A DNA stretch of 64,000 nucleotides from Polyangiales bacterium (GCA_964202905.1 CAXNJO010000010.1:109159-173158), one strand, 5' to 3'. Positions 20,201 to 31,520 are shown, numbered from the stretch's first letter. Notes: a model not told the origin generated them from the sequence alone. Made by a program: numbers and translations.

Positions 20201-22330
20201 GTGGCACACCGCGACGTAACGCAGCGCAGCAATTCCGAGCCGTTCGCCCACGCGCGGGGCGTGGCGGCGTGCGCTGCGCTCGTCGCCGCGACGCTCGCCA
20301 CATCCGCGACGCACGCGGCCGCGCAGACCACCTCGCAGGATGGTGCGCTGGGCGACGCGACCGGGTGGTACGACGCCGCGCCGCTGCTCGCCTCGCTGCG
20401 GCCTGCGGAGCGGGCCGGCGCCGCACGCGCCGCGGGCGTCGAGCGCGCGGAGGACCTGCCGCTCTACGAGCTCGGCATCGACCTCGATCTCGGCGCCGGC
20501 GTCGCGGCCGTGCGCGAAGAGCTCTGGTACACGAACCGCGAAGGCGTGGTGCTCGACGAGCTCGTCCTGCGCATCGAGGCGAACGCCGTCGGCGAGGCCG
20601 CGAGGCCGGGCGGCGCCGCGCGCATGCCGGTGCGCTTCGTCGGCGGGCGCTGCCTCGGGGGCGTCCTTTGCGCGTTCGAGGCCCCCGCGGCCGACGTCGT
20701 CGTCGTGCGCCCCGCGACGCCCCTCGCGCCGGGCGCGCGCCTGCGCGTCGCGCTCGAGCTCGGGGTGACGCTCGCGCGGATCGACGCCGCGCGCACCACC
20801 CTGCTCGCGCAGGGGCTCGAGGGGCTCGGCGCGATGGGCTCGCCCGCGGCGCGGGCGACTACGGGCTCGTCGCGATCGGCGACGGGATCGCCAGCCTCGC
20901 GAACGCGTACGCCGTGCTCGCGCGGCGGCGCGGCGGACGCTGGGTGCGCACGGAGACGAGCACGCTCGGCGATCTCGGCAGCGACGCGCTCGCGCACTTC
21001 CGCGCGCGCGTCCGCGTCGGCGAGGGCGTGCGCGTCGCCGCGACGGGCGTGACGCTCCCCGCGCCGCGCGGGACGAGCGGCGGCGAACGGCCGCGCCAGG
21101 AGGTCGTCGCCGCGTTCGCGCGGGACTTCGCGCTGCTCGCGGGGCGCGACCTCGAGACGGCCACGCGCGACGTCGGCGGGGTCACGGTGCGCTCGTGGTT
21201 CCGCGCGAGCGAGCGGGCCGCGGGGGAGCACGTGCTCGACGTCGCCGCGCACGCGCTCGGCGTGTTCGAGCGGCGCTTCGGCGCCTACCCCTACGAGGAG
21301 CTCGACCTCGTCGAGGCGGCCATCACGGGCGGCGCGGGCGGCGTCGAGTTCTCGGGCCTCGTGACCGTCGCGAGCATGCTCTACAAGCGCCCCGGCGCAG
21401 GCGGCGACGCCGCGGGCGGCGACGCAGGAGGCGGGCTCGGCGCGGTCCTCGGCGGGCTGCTCGCGAGCGGCGCGGGCGGCAGCGGCGCGCTCGACGCGAC
21501 CACGGCGCGCATGCGCGAGTTCGTCACGGCGCACGAGGTCGCGCACCAGTTCTGGCACGGGCTCGTCGGCAGCGACTCGCGCGAGCATCCGTGGCTCGAC
21601 GAGAGCCTCGCGCAGTGGAGCGCGCTCCGCTACGTCGAGGAGCGCCACGGGGCCGCGCGCGCCCGCGAGGAGGGCGATCGGCAGGTGCGCATGAACTACC
21701 AACTCATGCGCCTGCAAGGCGTGCCCGACGGCGCGGTCGACCGCCCGGTGCACGCCTTCGCGTCGCCGCTCGCCTACGCGGGCCTCGTCTATGGCAAGGG
21801 GCCTTACTTCTACGAGGCCGTCCGCGCGGCGATCGGGGACGACGCGTTCTTCGCCGCGCTCGCCGAGTACGTGCGCCGGCACCGCTTCCGCACCGCGCCG
21901 CGCGGGGCCCTCGTCGACCTGCTCGCGGCGCGCGGCGACGCCCGGCGTGTGCGCGCCCTCGCGCGGCGCTGGCTCGACGAGCGGCACGGCGACGACGACC
22001 TCGGCCGCGGCGACGCGCGCACCCTCGTCGGGACGACGCTCGGCGTCGACCCGGAGACGCTGCCCCAGGGCTCGGGCGCTCTTCGGCGCGCTCGGCGGCG
22101 CGGGCAGCGCGCAGCGCGGAGCGGCCGGCGGCGGCGCGCAGCGCGGCGCGGTCGGCGGCGCGGGCGGCGCGGGCGGACGCAGCATCCCACCGGAGCTGCT
22201 CGAGGCGCTCGGCGGCATGCTCGGCGGCGGCGCGGGCCTGCCCGGCGGCGCAGGCGGGGCGCCCGGGGGCGACGTCGGGCTGGGCGGCCTCGAGACGATG
22301 ATCCAACTCCTCGAAAACGCAGGAGAATAA
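20201..22330 (+). CDS. M1-family (gluzincin) aminopeptidase with a Gly-rich C-terminal tail; frameshifts ~20850 and ~22075, start approximate
   Basis: FGAYPYEELDLVE, GGVEFSGLV, AHEVAHQFW...WLDESLAQW, VYGKG. Confidence 0.85.
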
Positions 22331-22334
22331 CGCG

Positions 22335-23198
22335 ATGAACGCGAGCGTGCAGAGCGACCCGATCCTCGCGCCCGAGGCGCTCCTCGACCCTGCGCTGCGC
22401 GCCACGGTGCGCCTCGTCGACGCGCGCGCCGGCGCCGCGGGGCGCGAGGCCTTCGCCGCGCGGCGGCTCGCGGGCGCGACGCACGCGGACCTCGACGCCG
22501 ACCTCGCCGGCGACGCACACGATCCGGCGCACGGCGGCCGGCACCCGCTGCCGCCGCTGGCCGCCTTCGCGCGGACGCTCACCGCGTGGGGCATCACGCC
22601 CGCGACCCACGTCGTCGTCTACGACGCGCAAGGCGGCGCGAACGCGGCCGCGCGGCTCTGGTGGATGCTGCGCGCCGTCGGACACCGCGCGGTGCACGTG
22701 CTCGACGGCGGCTGGGACGCCGCGCTCGCCGCGGGACTGCCCACCGAAGACGGCCCCGCGACGCCGCCCGCGCCCGCGCCGACGCCCTACCCCGTCCCGC
22801 CCGCGTGGCTGCTCCCGACGCGGGACCTCGACGCCGTCGATGCGGCGCGCCTCACCGCCGACCAGCGCGTGGTCGACGTGCGCGCCGGCTTCCGTCACCG
22901 CGGCGAGCGCGAGCCCATCGACCCGATCGCGGGGCACATCCCGGGCGCGCTGAACGTCTGCTTCGAAGAGAACCTCGACGCGCGCGGCCGCTTCCTCCCC
23001 GCGGACGCGCTCCGCGCCAGGTACGCGGAGCTCCTCGGCGACGTGCCCGCCTCGCACCTGACCGTGCACTGCGGCTCGGGCGTCACGGCCTGCCACACGC
23101 TCCTCGCGCTCGCGCGCGCCGGGCTCGGCGGGGCCGCGCTCTACGTCGGCTCGTGGAGCGAGTGGTGCCGTCGCGACGACCGCCCGCGCGCGCCGTGA
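22335..23198 (+). CDS. sseA: Tandem-domain rhodanese / 3-mercaptopyruvate sulfurtransferase (SseA-like)
   Basis: GGRHPLP, AARLWWML, VLDGG, GHIPGA, HCGSGVTAC, YVGSWSEW; AGGAG ribosome-binding site at 22321. Confidence 0.9.
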   Translation: MNASVQSDPILAPEALLDPALRATVRLVDARAGAAGREAFAARRLAGATHADLDADLAGDAHDPAHGGRHPLPPLAAFARTLTAWGITPATHVVVYDAQGGANAAARLWWMLRAVGHRAVHVLDGGWDAALAAGLPTEDGPATPPAPAPTPYPVPPAWLLPTRDLDAVDAARLTADQRVVDVRAGFRHRGEREPIDPIAGHIPGALNVCFEENLDARGRFLPADALRARYAELLGDVPASHLTVHCGSGVTACHTLLALARAGLGGAALYVGSWSEWCRRDDRPRAP

Positions 23199-23264
23199 GC
23201 CCCGCCCCGCACGCGACGACCCACGCGTACCGGTCTCGGCGCGCGTCCCCGCCGCGCCGCCCGC

Positions 23265-24482
23265 TCACTCGTAGCGCAGCGCGTCGATCGGGTTGAGCCG
23301 CGCGGCCTTGCGCGCCGGGAAGAAGCCGAAACCGACGCCGACCGCCGCGCTGAACACGAAGGCGACGACGACGATCTCCGGCACGAACACGAAGGGCAGC
23401 CCGAGCGGCCCCGACGCGAGGTACGAGCCGCCGAGCCCGAGCACGATCCCCACGAGCCCGCCGAGCGTCGAGAGCACCGTCGCCTCGACGAGGAACTGCA
23501 GGAGCACCTCGCGGCCACGCGCGCCGATCGCGAGGCGGATGCCGATCTCGCGCGTCCGCTCCGTCACGCTCACGAGCATGATGTTCATGATGCCGATGCC
23601 GCCGACGAGCAGCGACACGCTCGCGATCGCGCCGAGCAGCGCCGTGAGCACGCCCGTCGCCGTCGACGCGAGCTCGGTGATCTCCTTCGTGTCGCGCACG
23701 AGGAAGTCGCTGTCCGCGCCGTCCACGATGCGCCGCCGCTGGCGCAGGAGCGCGTCGATGCCGCGCTGCGCCTCCGTGGTCGCGTCGGCGGACACGGCCG
23801 AGACGAAGATGACGCCGACGTCCTGGTTCCCCGCGATGCGCCGCTGGAACATGGAGATCGGCACCGCGACGAAGTCGTCCTGATCGTCGCCGAAGGTCGA
23901 TCGCCCCTTCTCCTCGAGCAGACCGATGACCTCGCAGGAGATGGCACCGACGCGGATCGTCGCGCCGAGCGGGTCCGCCGTGCCGAAGAGCTCGCGGCGC
24001 GGCGTCGCGCCGAGCACGCAGACCGCGGTGCCCGCGAGCTCCTCCGACTCGAGGAAGACGCGCCCCGCCGCGAGGCCCCACTCGCGCACGCGGAAGTAGT
24101 CGTTCGTCGTGCCCGTGATGCCGGTGCGCCAGTTCTTGTTGCCGTACACCGCGAGGCCCGCGCCACCCGCGCTCGGCGCCGCGGCCGCGACGCCGGAGAC
24201 TTCTTCCGCGATCGCGCGTGCGTCGGCGACGTCGAAGGGCGGCGCGCTCACCACCGTCGCCGTGCGCCTCCCCGCGCCGGGGAACACGAAGAGCAGGTTG
24301 CGACCGAGGCTCGAGATGTCGTTCGTGATGCGCCGCGTCGCACCCTCGCCGAGGTGCACCATCGCGATGACGGCCGCGACGCCGATGATCACGCCGAGCG
24401 TGGTGAGCACGCTGCGCAGCGTGTTGCGGCGGATCTCGCGCAGGCTCATCAGCAGCGTGTTCCAGAGCATCGAGGGGCTCAT
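23265..24482 (-). CDS. MacB-type ABC transporter permease
   Basis: RSVLTTLGVIIGVAAVIAM, SLLVGGIGIMNIMLVSVTERTREIGIRLAIGA, PARKAARLNPIDALRYE. Confidence 0.95.
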   Translation of the reverse strand: MSPSMLWNTLLMSLREIRRNTLRSVLTTLGVIIGVAAVIAMVHLGEGATRRITNDISSLGRNLLFVFPGAGRRTATVVSAPPFDVADARAIAEEVSGVAAAAPSAGGAGLAVYGNKNWRTGITGTTNDYFRVREWGLAAGRVFLESEELAGTAVCVLGATPRRELFGTADPLGATIRVGAISCEVIGLLEEKGRSTFGDDQDDFVAVPISMFQRRIAGNQDVGVIFVSAVSADATTEAQRGIDALLRQRRRIVDGADSDFLVRDTKEITELASTATGVLTALLGAIASVSLLVGGIGIMNIMLVSVTERTREIGIRLAIGARGREVLLQFLVEATVLSTLGGLVGIVLGLGGSYLASGPLGLPFVFVPEIVVVAFVFSAAVGVGFGFFPARKAARLNPIDALRYE

Positions 24483-25222
24483 CGCGCGGGCTCCTGACGG
24501 ACGTCGGAGAGGATGAGACCATCCCGAAAGGTGATGAGCCGCGACGCCCACGCCGCGACGCTCGGGTCGTGCGTGACCATGACGATCGTGATGCGGCGAT
24601 CGCGGTTGAGCCCCGCGATGAGGCGCATCAGCTCCGCGGTGCGCGCCGAGTCGAGGTTGCCCGTGGGCTCGTCGGCGAGGAGCACGGCCGGGTCGGTGAC
24701 GATCGCGCGCGCGATCGCCACGCGCTGCTGCTGGCCGCCGGAGAGCTCGCTCGGCGCGTGCGTCTCGCGGCCGGCGAGGCCGACCTGCGCGAGCGCGCCG
24801 AGCGCGCGGACACGCCGCTCGCGCGCGGACACGCCGCGGTAGAGCAGCGGCAGCTCGACGTTCTCGAGCGCGGTGGTGCGCGCGAGCAGGTTGAAGCCCT
24901 GGAACACGAAGCCGAGGTAGTGCCGGCGCAGAAGCGCGCGCTGGTCCAGCGAGAGCGTGCCGACCTCGACGCCGCGGAAGAGGTGGTGCCCGCCCGTCGG
25001 CGCGTCGAGGCAGCCGAGCACGTTCATGCACGTGCTCTTGCCGCTGCCGCTCGCGCCCATCACGGCGACGAACTCGCCGTCACCGACGCGGAGATCGACG
25101 CCCGCGAGCGCGCGCACCTCGGCCTCGCCGCGCCCGTAGATCTTGGTCACGCCGCGCAGCTCGATGAGCGGGGGGGCCGCGGGCAGGGCCCCTCCCCCGG
25201 ACGGCGCGGGCGCGCTCGGCAC
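24479..25222 (-). CDS. MacB/LolD-type ABC transporter ATP-binding protein
   Basis: [38 protein letters not shown]. Confidence 0.95.
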   Translation of the reverse strand: MPSAPAPSGGGALPAAPPLIELRGVTKIYGRGEAEVRALAGVDLRVGDGEFVAVMGASGSGKSTCMNVLGCLDAPTGGHHLFRGVEVGTLSLDQRALLRRHYLGFVFQGFNLLARTTALENVELPLLYRGVSARERRVRALGALAQVGLAGRETHAPSELSGGQQQRVAIARAIVTDPAVLLADEPTGNLDSARTAELMRLIAGLNRDRRITIVMVTHDPSVAAWASRLITFRDGLILSDVRQEPAR

Positions 25223-25225
25223 GCG

Positions 25226-26530
25226 CTACTCCTCGCGCTTCGCGTCGACGACGAGCGCGACGCCTGGCTGGATCGCGCCGCCGAGCACCTCCGTCACGCG
25301 CCCGTCGGTGACGCCCGTCTCGAGCGCGATGGGCGAGAGCACGCCCGGCGTCCGCTCGACCCAGACGTGCCGCCCCTGCCCGAGGCGCTTGCGCTGCTCC
25401 TCGGCCTCGCGGCCCGGCGGCAGGAAGCGCAGCGCCGCGTTCGGGACGACGAGCGCCTGGCTGCGGCGATCGGAGACGATGCTGACCGTCGCGGTCATGC
25501 CGGGCCGCAGGAGCCGCTCGCGGTTGTCGAGCGCGAGCACGGCCTCGTAGGTGACGACGTTCTGCACGGTGCGCGGCGCGTTGCGCAGCTCGGCGACGCG
25601 CGCGTCGAAGTGCCGACCCGGGTACGCCGCGACCGTGAAGGTCGCCGTCTGCGCCTCGCGCACGCGCCCGACGTCGGCCTCGTCGACGTCGACGCGGAGC
25701 TCCATGCGGGTGAGGTCCTCGGCGAGCGTGAGGAGCTGCGCCGTCTGGAACTGGCCGTTCACCGTCTGGCCGGGCTCGACGTTGCGCGCGAGCACGACGC
25801 CGTCGATCGGCGCGCGCAGGACGCTCTTGCCGAGCTGCGTGGTCGCGTTGGCGAGCGCTGCGGCCGCGATCTGCTGCTGCGCGCGGGCGCTCGCGACGCC
25901 CGCCTCGGCGCGCGCGACGGCCGCGCGGGCCGTGTCGAGCTCGGCCTGCGCGACGATCTCGCGGGCGCGGAGCCCCGTCGCGCGCTCGAGGTTCACGCGC
26001 GCCTCGGCGAGCACGGCCTCGGCCTGCTGCACCGCCGCGCGCGCGCCCGCACCTTGCGCGCGCACCTCGCGGACGCGCGCCTCGAGCTGCTCGGGGTCGA
26101 TCTCGACGAGCACCTGCCCCACGCGCACCGGGTCGTTGAAGTCGACGTGCACGGCCGCGACGCGGCCCGACACCTCGGTGCCGACCTGCACGGTGTGCAG
26201 CGGCTGCACGGTGCCCGTCGCCGTGACGATCACCGCGATGTCCGCGCGGCGTGAGCGGGCCGTCTCGTAGCGGGTGCGCTTCGGCCGCGTCGCGCGGCCG
26301 ATGAGCACGGCCAGCCCCGCGATCACGCCGACGACGACGAGCAGCGCGATCACGCGCCCCACCCAGCGCCGCGCCACGCCGCCGGCCCCGACGCCGAGCG
26401 TCCGCGCGACGTCCTTGTCGGCGCCCGCGTCCGACGTGCCGTCGGGCCCCGCGTGGGGCGCTGCAGCGGCGGCACCGTGCGACGCCTCCGTCCCTCTCGC
26501 GCTCTCCCCGGGGCTCGCCACGGGCCGCAT
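25226..26530 (-). CDS. MacA-type membrane fusion (periplasmic adaptor) protein
   Basis: N-terminal TM; ATGTVQP..VQVGTEVSGRV, RAPIDGVVL, VDEADVGRV, LRPGMTA. Confidence 0.9.
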   Translation of the reverse strand: MRPVASPGESARGTEASHGAAAAAPHAGPDGTSDAGADKDVARTLGVGAGGVARRWVGRVIALLVVVGVIAGLAVLIGRATRPKRTRYETARSRRADIAVIVTATGTVQPLHTVQVGTEVSGRVAAVHVDFNDPVRVGQVLVEIDPEQLEARVREVRAQGAGARAAVQQAEAVLAEARVNLERATGLRAREIVAQAELDTARAAVARAEAGVASARAQQQIAAAALANATTQLGKSVLRAPIDGVVLARNVEPGQTVNGQFQTAQLLTLAEDLTRMELRVDVDEADVGRVREAQTATFTVAAYPGRHFDARVAELRNAPRTVQNVVTYEAVLALDNRERLLRPGMTATVSIVSDRRSQALVVPNAALRFLPPGREAEEQRKRLGQGRHVWVERTPGVLSPIALETGVTDGRVTEVLGGAIQPGVALVVDAKREE

Positions 26531-26590
26531 CGTAGGACCGGACCCCGGCGGCGCAACGCGCGCACCGACGCGGCGCGACTGAATGGCGAT

Positions 26591-27433
26591 TCAGTGGGCC
26601 GTGTCCGCGGACCCCGGCGCCTCGAGCGTGATGGCGACCGCGTGCCGCACCGGGCCGCGCGGCGGCAGCACGCGCACGCCGCCCGCCTCGCGCCAGGCGG
26701 CGCCCGTGCTCGGGCCGCCGTCGAGGTTCAGCGCCTGCGCGCAGCCGCGCGCCGCGAGCAGCCGCGCGAGCGCATGCAGCGTGGGCCCGTCGCGGCCTTC
26801 GTCGTCGGCCCCGCGCGCGACGACGACCTCGAGCACGCCGCCGCCGTCACGCAGGCAGAGCGCGGTGCGGTCCGCGCGCCGCCCGTCGTCGCTGCGGATG
26901 TTCACGGCGCCGTCCACCACGAGGCGCGGCCGGCACTGCACCGCGAAGTCCACGTCGCCCGGCGCGGGCGGCGCCTCGGCCGCGAAGAGCCGCGCGAGGC
27001 CGCCACGCGCCGCGAGCACGCCGCCACCGATGCGCGCGAGGAACGGCGAGAGCATCCGGCCGCCGCTCACGACGAGCCCCTCCGGTTCACCGCGCAGCCC
27101 GAAGAAACCGCCGTTCACGACGAGCGTCGCGCCCCGCGCGCGGAGCGCCGCGTCGAGCCCGCGGGTCATGCCGACGTCGACCACCTCGAGCCGCGCCCGC
27201 GCGAGCGGGACGCGGAAGGCGTGCAGCCGGTAACGCGCCCCGTCGGTCGGCGACGCGCCGATCACCGTCGGAAGGATCGTCGCGGGCGTCGGCCCGGCCC
27301 CGCGCGCGCCCCCGGCTTCCTGCGCGCCCGCGGGCGTGATCACCCCGCGCGCTCCGGCGGCGAGCGCGCACGCCGCGAGCGCGCCGAGCACGGCGTGCCG
27401 CGCTCCGACGCGACCCGCGCCGCGCCTCACCAT
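26591..27433 (-). CDS. Phosphodiester glycosidase (NAGPA/DUF2233) family exported protein
   Basis: Signal peptide; VNGGFF, DRTAL, ALNLDGGPST. Confidence 0.8.
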   Translation of the reverse strand: MVRRGAGRVGARHAVLGALAACALAAGARGVITPAGAQEAGGARGAGPTPATILPTVIGASPTDGARYRLHAFRVPLARARLEVVDVGMTRGLDAALRARGATLVVNGGFFGLRGEPEGLVVSGGRMLSPFLARIGGGVLAARGGLARLFAAEAPPAPGDVDFAVQCRPRLVVDGAVNIRSDDGRRADRTALCLRDGGGVLEVVVARGADDEGRDGPTLHALARLLAARGCAQALNLDGGPSTGAAWREAGGVRVLPPRGPVRHAVAITLEAPGSADTAH

Positions 27434-28425
27434 GCGAGCACGAGCTTGCCGAAGCTGTCGCCCGCCTCGAGCCGCGCGTGCGCCTCACGCGCCGCGTCCA
27501 TCGGCAGCACCGCGTCGACGACGGGCCGCAGCGCGCCGCGCTCGAAGAGCGGCAGGAGCCGCTGCGTGAAGACCCGCGCGAGCGCGATCTTCTCCTCGAG
27601 CGGGCGGCTCCGCAGCACGGAGCCGAGCACGCGCGCGCGCTTCTGCAGGAGCATGCCGAGCGCCAGCGGCGCCGTCGCGCCCGCGAGCAGGCCGATGACG
27701 ACGACGCGCCCCCCCGGCGCGAGCGCGCGCAGGTCTTCCTCGAGGTACGCCGCGCCGACTCCGTCGAGCACCACGTCCGCGCCGCGCCCACCCGTCAGCG
27801 CATGCACGCGCTCCGCGAAGCGCGCATCGGTGACCGTGATTCCGTCGTCCGAGGCGAGCCCCAGCGACGCGCAGCGCGCGAGCTTCTCCGTCGTGCGCGA
27901 CGTGCCGATCGTCCGCGCGCCGAGCGCCTGCCCGAGCTGCAACGCCGCGGTGCCGACGCCGCTGCCGATCGCGTGCACGAGCAGCGTGTCCCCGCTCGCG
28001 AGCCCGCCCTGCGTGACGATCGCGTCGTACGCGGTGAGGAACGCCTCGGGCAGCGCCGCGGCGTCGGTGAACGACATCCCGCGCGGCACCGCGATGGCCT
28101 CGCGCGCGTGCACGACGAGGTGCGTCGCGAGCGCGCCGCCCGCGACGATCCCCATCACCGCGTCGCCGGGCTTCCACTCGCGCACGCCCTCCCCGACGGA
28201 CTCCACGGTGCCTGCGTACTCGAGGCCGGGCACGTCCACGGGCGCCCCGGGCGGTGCGGGATACACACCGCGCCGCTGCAGCAGATCGGCGCGGTTGACG
28301 CCCGCTGCCGCGACCGCGACGCGCACCTCGCCCCAGCCCGGATCGCGCACCACGAGCTCCCCGGGCGCGAGCACCTCGGGACCACCGGGGGACGTGATGC
28401 GGACGGTACGCGCGACGAGAGACAT
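27427..28425 (-). CDS. NAD(P)H-quinone oxidoreductase, PIG3 family (MDR)
   Basis: GGPEVL, AAGVNRADLLQRRGVYPAPPG, PGLEYAG, HAIGSGVGTAA, GSVLRSR. Confidence 0.92.
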   Translation of the reverse strand: MSLVARTVRITSPGGPEVLAPGELVVRDPGWGEVRVAVAAAGVNRADLLQRRGVYPAPPGAPVDVPGLEYAGTVESVGEGVREWKPGDAVMGIVAGGALATHLVVHAREAIAVPRGMSFTDAAALPEAFLTAYDAIVTQGGLASGDTLLVHAIGSGVGTAALQLGQALGARTIGTSRTTEKLARCASLGLASDDGITVTDARFAERVHALTGGRGADVVLDGVGAAYLEEDLRALAPGGRVVVIGLLAGATAPLALGMLLQKRARVLGSVLRSRPLEEKIALARVFTQRLLPLFERGALRPVVDAVLPMDAAREAHARLEAGDSFGKLVLAW

Positions 28426-28521
28426 CCGCCGAAGGTAGCGCAGCGACTCGCCGCGCGGGCACCGCGACGACACGCGGCGACCCCACGCGGCGCGCCGCGA
28501 CATCGGGGGACACCGCGCGTG

Positions 28522-29973
28522 TCAGGGCGTGACGACGCGGTGCACGACGACGGGACCGAGGGCATCGCGGACGATGGTGAGCGGCGCCACGGTGTCGAAC
28601 CGCACGGTGGTCGTCTCGGCGCGGTACATGGGCGGGACACCGATGGCGACCGCGTCGCCGAGAGCCGCCGGATCCACGCTCACGATGGTCCCGGTGATGA
28701 CGGTGCGCGACGCGACGGCGAGCAGGCCCGCGGCGCTGAGCAGCTGGAAGGTCCCGGCGTTGGTCCCGCTGTTCGTGTCGAACACGACGACCACCCCGCC
28801 GCGCCGGACGAAGGTGTCGAGCGCTGCGCTCCACTCGGCGCCGACGGCGTTGAGCTCCGCATCGGTGGCGTCGCGCTGGGCGTAGACGACGAGCACGTCC
28901 GCCGACGCGAGCATTCCCGGGACGCTCGCGCGCGTGACGGGGATGCGCATCCAGCCGCGGCCGCTCGCCGTGCTGACCTGGTCGATGGCGACGTCCGTCC
29001 CCGTGATCGACGCCGCGCGCGCGCTCCCGACGTACGCGAGGACCCGCACGGGGGCGCCGGCGCCGAGGAAGACGGCGTTGCCCGCGATGCGGTTCATGCC
29101 GACGCGCGTGGTCGTGTAGTCGTGGCCGACGAGCACGACGTGACCCGCCGCGCCCGTCGAGCAGAGGCCGTCGATGCAGATCCCGGTGGCGCAGACGTTC
29201 CCGCAACGTCCGCAGTGGTCGGCGTCCGACTGGAGGTCGATGCAGCTCCGGCCGCAGGCGACGAGCGGCGCCGTGCACACCGGCGCGCAGCCGCCGACGG
29301 AGCACACGTCCATCGGCGTGCACACGTAGCCGCAGAGGCCGCAGTTCGCCGGGTCCGAGTTGAGCCGCACGCACACGTCGCCGCAGCGCGTCTCGCCGAG
29401 CTCGCACGCCAGCGGGCCGCCGCCGTCGACGGCGCCCGCGTCCGCGGCCCCGCCGTCGCTGCCGCCACCGTCGAGGACGTCGCCGTCGAGGACGTCGCCA
29501 TCGAGGACGTCGCCGTCGAGGACGCCGCCGTCGAGCCCGCCTGCGTCGGTGTCGCCCGCGTCCCCGACCGCGCCGTCGCCGAGGGCCCCATCGGGCCCCG
29601 CCGCGTCGGAGGCGCCGCCGTCGTCGATCGCCGCGTCGGACGCGCCGTCCGGGGCCTCGCCGTCCGCGACGTCCGCGTCGCGCGGGCCGAGATCGGTGCG
29701 CCCGCCATCGAGGCCGGCGTCGCCCGCGACGCACATCCCCGCCGCGCAGACGGCCCCGACCTCGCACGCGCTCCCGCAGGCGCCGCAGTGGCGCGGGTCG
29801 GCCTGCACGTCCACGCACGCGCCGCGGCACACCGCGTAGCCCTCCGCGCACTCGCCGCCGACGATCGGGCTCGCGCAGGCCGCGAGGAGCAGTGACGCGA
29901 GCGACGCGACGAGCGCGGGCCAGCGCACGATCGCGAGCCTGGCCGCGTGCGCCTCGAACGAACGGTGCTTCAT
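28522..29973 (-). CDS. Cys-rich lipoprotein (MXAN_6577-like D..HCG.CG..C repeats) with a C-terminal alpha/beta domain
   Basis: LLLAAC lipobox; ATG at 29973 overlaps the ompA-like stop; DPRHCGACG, DPANCGLCG, DADHCGRCG; DGDVL linker repeats. Confidence 0.75.
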   Translation of the reverse strand: MKHRSFEAHAARLAIVRWPALVASLASLLLAACASPIVGGECAEGYAVCRGACVDVQADPRHCGACGSACEVGAVCAAGMCVAGDAGLDGGRTDLGPRDADVADGEAPDGASDAAIDDGGASDAAGPDGALGDGAVGDAGDTDAGGLDGGVLDGDVLDGDVLDGDVLDGGGSDGGAADAGAVDGGGPLACELGETRCGDVCVRLNSDPANCGLCGYVCTPMDVCSVGGCAPVCTAPLVACGRSCIDLQSDADHCGRCGNVCATGICIDGLCSTGAAGHVVLVGHDYTTTRVGMNRIAGNAVFLGAGAPVRVLAYVGSARAASITGTDVAIDQVSTASGRGWMRIPVTRASVPGMLASADVLVVYAQRDATDAELNAVGAEWSAALDTFVRRGGVVVVFDTNSGTNAGTFQLLSAAGLLAVASRTVITGTIVSVDPAALGDAVAIGVPPMYRAETTTVRFDTVAPLTIVRDALGPVVVHRVVTP

Positions 29974-31520
29974 GGTTCGCCTCCGGGCGATGCAGGGGTC
30001 GCGGGTGGGGCCGTCGGCGCGGCAGGGGCGCCCGTCGCTTCCGGCGCGGCCGGTGGGATAGGGGCGTCCGAGCCGAGCGGGGGTGCCGGCGCGTCGCTCG
30101 CGGCGGGCGCGGCAGGCGCCTCGCTCGCGGCGGGCGCCTCGCTTGCGGCGGGCGTCGGGGCGCCGCGGCGCGCGACGACGACGAACTCGACGCGGCGGTT
30201 GCGCTGGTGCACCTCCTCGGCGCTGAGCGTGCCCTCCTCGCGCATCGCGCGGGGCCGCTCCGCGCCGAAACCGACGGATTCGATGATGCCGGCGGGGATG
30301 CCGAGCTCCACGAGCGCCTCGAGGACGTTCGCCGCGCGCCGCTCGCTGAGCGCCTGGTTGAACGCCGCGTCGCCACGGGTGTCCGCGTGCCCCTCGATGC
30401 GCACGCGGCTCCACTCGGGGTGCTGCATCACGAGCGCCACGATCGCGCGGAGGATTGGCCGCGCCGTCGACTTCACACGCGCGCGCTCGACGTCGAAGAG
30501 GACCGTCTCCTCGAGCACGATGCGGTCGTCGACGAGCGCGATGAGGCCCTCGTCGGGGCAGCCGTCGGCGTCGTCGACGCCGTTGACGATCTCCGCGTCG
30601 AGCGGGCAGCGGTCCGCATCGTCGAGGATCCCGTCGCCGTCGTTGTCGGCGTCGGGGCAGCCGTCCGCGTCCTCGAAGCCGTCGCGGTCCTCGGGGACGA
30701 GCGGGCAGCGGTCGTCGCCATCGCGCACGCGGTCGGCGTCGTTGTCGGGCTCGGGGCAGCCGTCGGTGTCCTCGAACGCGTCGACGTCCTCGGGCTCCTC
30801 CACGCAGGCGTCGTCGGGGTCGAGGATCGTGTCGTGGTCGGTGTCGCGGGGGCCGCTGCGCGGGATCGCGCGGCGCACCACGCGCGGCCGCGGATCGAAG
30901 AGGAGCGCCTCGACGCCGGCGACGAGGAGGAGCGCGTCGCGGTCGTCGAGGGCGCCCTGCGGCTCGACGATCTGCGAGAAGCGCAGGGTGGGTCCGACCT
31001 CGATCGGCCCCGCGCGGAAGAGGTAGCCGAGCCCGGCCTCGGCCGTGAAGCGCACGCGCGCCCCGGTGAGCGCGGCCCCGAGAGCGACCTCGGCGTAGAA
31101 GCCGTCGCCGCGCGTTCCGTCGTCCGCGCCGAGCCCGGTCGGGCGGAAGCGCAGCGCCGCGGTGAGCGCGCCGAGGCCGCCGAGACCCGGGTCGACCTGG
31201 TTCGCGCGCGTCGGGGGGGCGCCGTCCGCGAGCAGCCCGAGGCGCAGCCGCGCGCCGCCGAGGAGCCAGGGCGTCATCGGATGGTACGCGCTCACCGCCA
31301 CGGTGCCGCCGGGCCCGAAGAGCGTCGACTGCGGCGCGCCGAGCGGCACGAGCGCCCCGGCCTCGGCGCCGAGCAGCCACGGCTCCTGCGCGCGCGCCGG
31401 GCTCCACGCCGCGAGCCACGCACAGCCGAGCGCGAGCGCGAACAGCGCCGCGGGACACACCCCGCGCGCCTGCGCATCCGCACACGTCCCCCGCGCTTTC
31501 CCGTACGATGCCCGCGCCAT
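29970..31520 (-). CDS. OmpA-family protein with a beta-barrel-like N-terminus and thrombospondin type-3 (DGCPD) Ca-binding repeats
   Basis: EDxDxFEDxDGCP repeats; VLFDVERA, IEGHADTRG, NQALSERRA, NRRVEF; start could also be the GTG near 31460. Confidence 0.9.
   Translation of the reverse strand: MARASYGKARGTCADAQARGVCPAALFALALGCAWLAAWSPARAQEPWLLGAEAGALVPLGAPQSTLFGPGGTVAVSAYHPMTPWLLGGARLRLGLLADGAPPTRANQVDPGLGGLGALTAALRFRPTGLGADDGTRGDGFYAEVALGAALTGARVRFTAEAGLGYLFRAGPIEVGPTLRFSQIVEPQGALDDRDALLLVAGVEALLFDPRPRVVRRAIPRSGPRDTDHDTILDPDDACVEEPEDVDAFEDTDGCPEPDNDADRVRDGDDRCPLVPEDRDGFEDADGCPDADNDGDGILDDADRCPLDAEIVNGVDDADGCPDEGLIALVDDRIVLEETVLFDVERARVKSTARPILRAIVALVMQHPEWSRVRIEGHADTRGDAAFNQALSERRAANVLEALVELGIPAGIIESVGFGAERPRAMREEGTLSAEEVHQRNRRVEFVVVARRGAPTPAASEAPAASEAPAAPAASDAPAPPLGSDAPIPPAAPEATGAPAAPTAPPATPASPGGEP

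Noticed and set aside
17491..22338. 1615-aa plus-strand ORF
   Set aside because: Mostly antisense shadow of the Cys-rich gene; only ~20850-22075 is real (M1 peptidase core)
23265..26530. MacAB-like transporter as exporter for the toxin complex
   Set aside because: About 9 kb away, separated by unrelated genes, host-like composition, and the toxin subunits have their own Sec/lipoprotein signals
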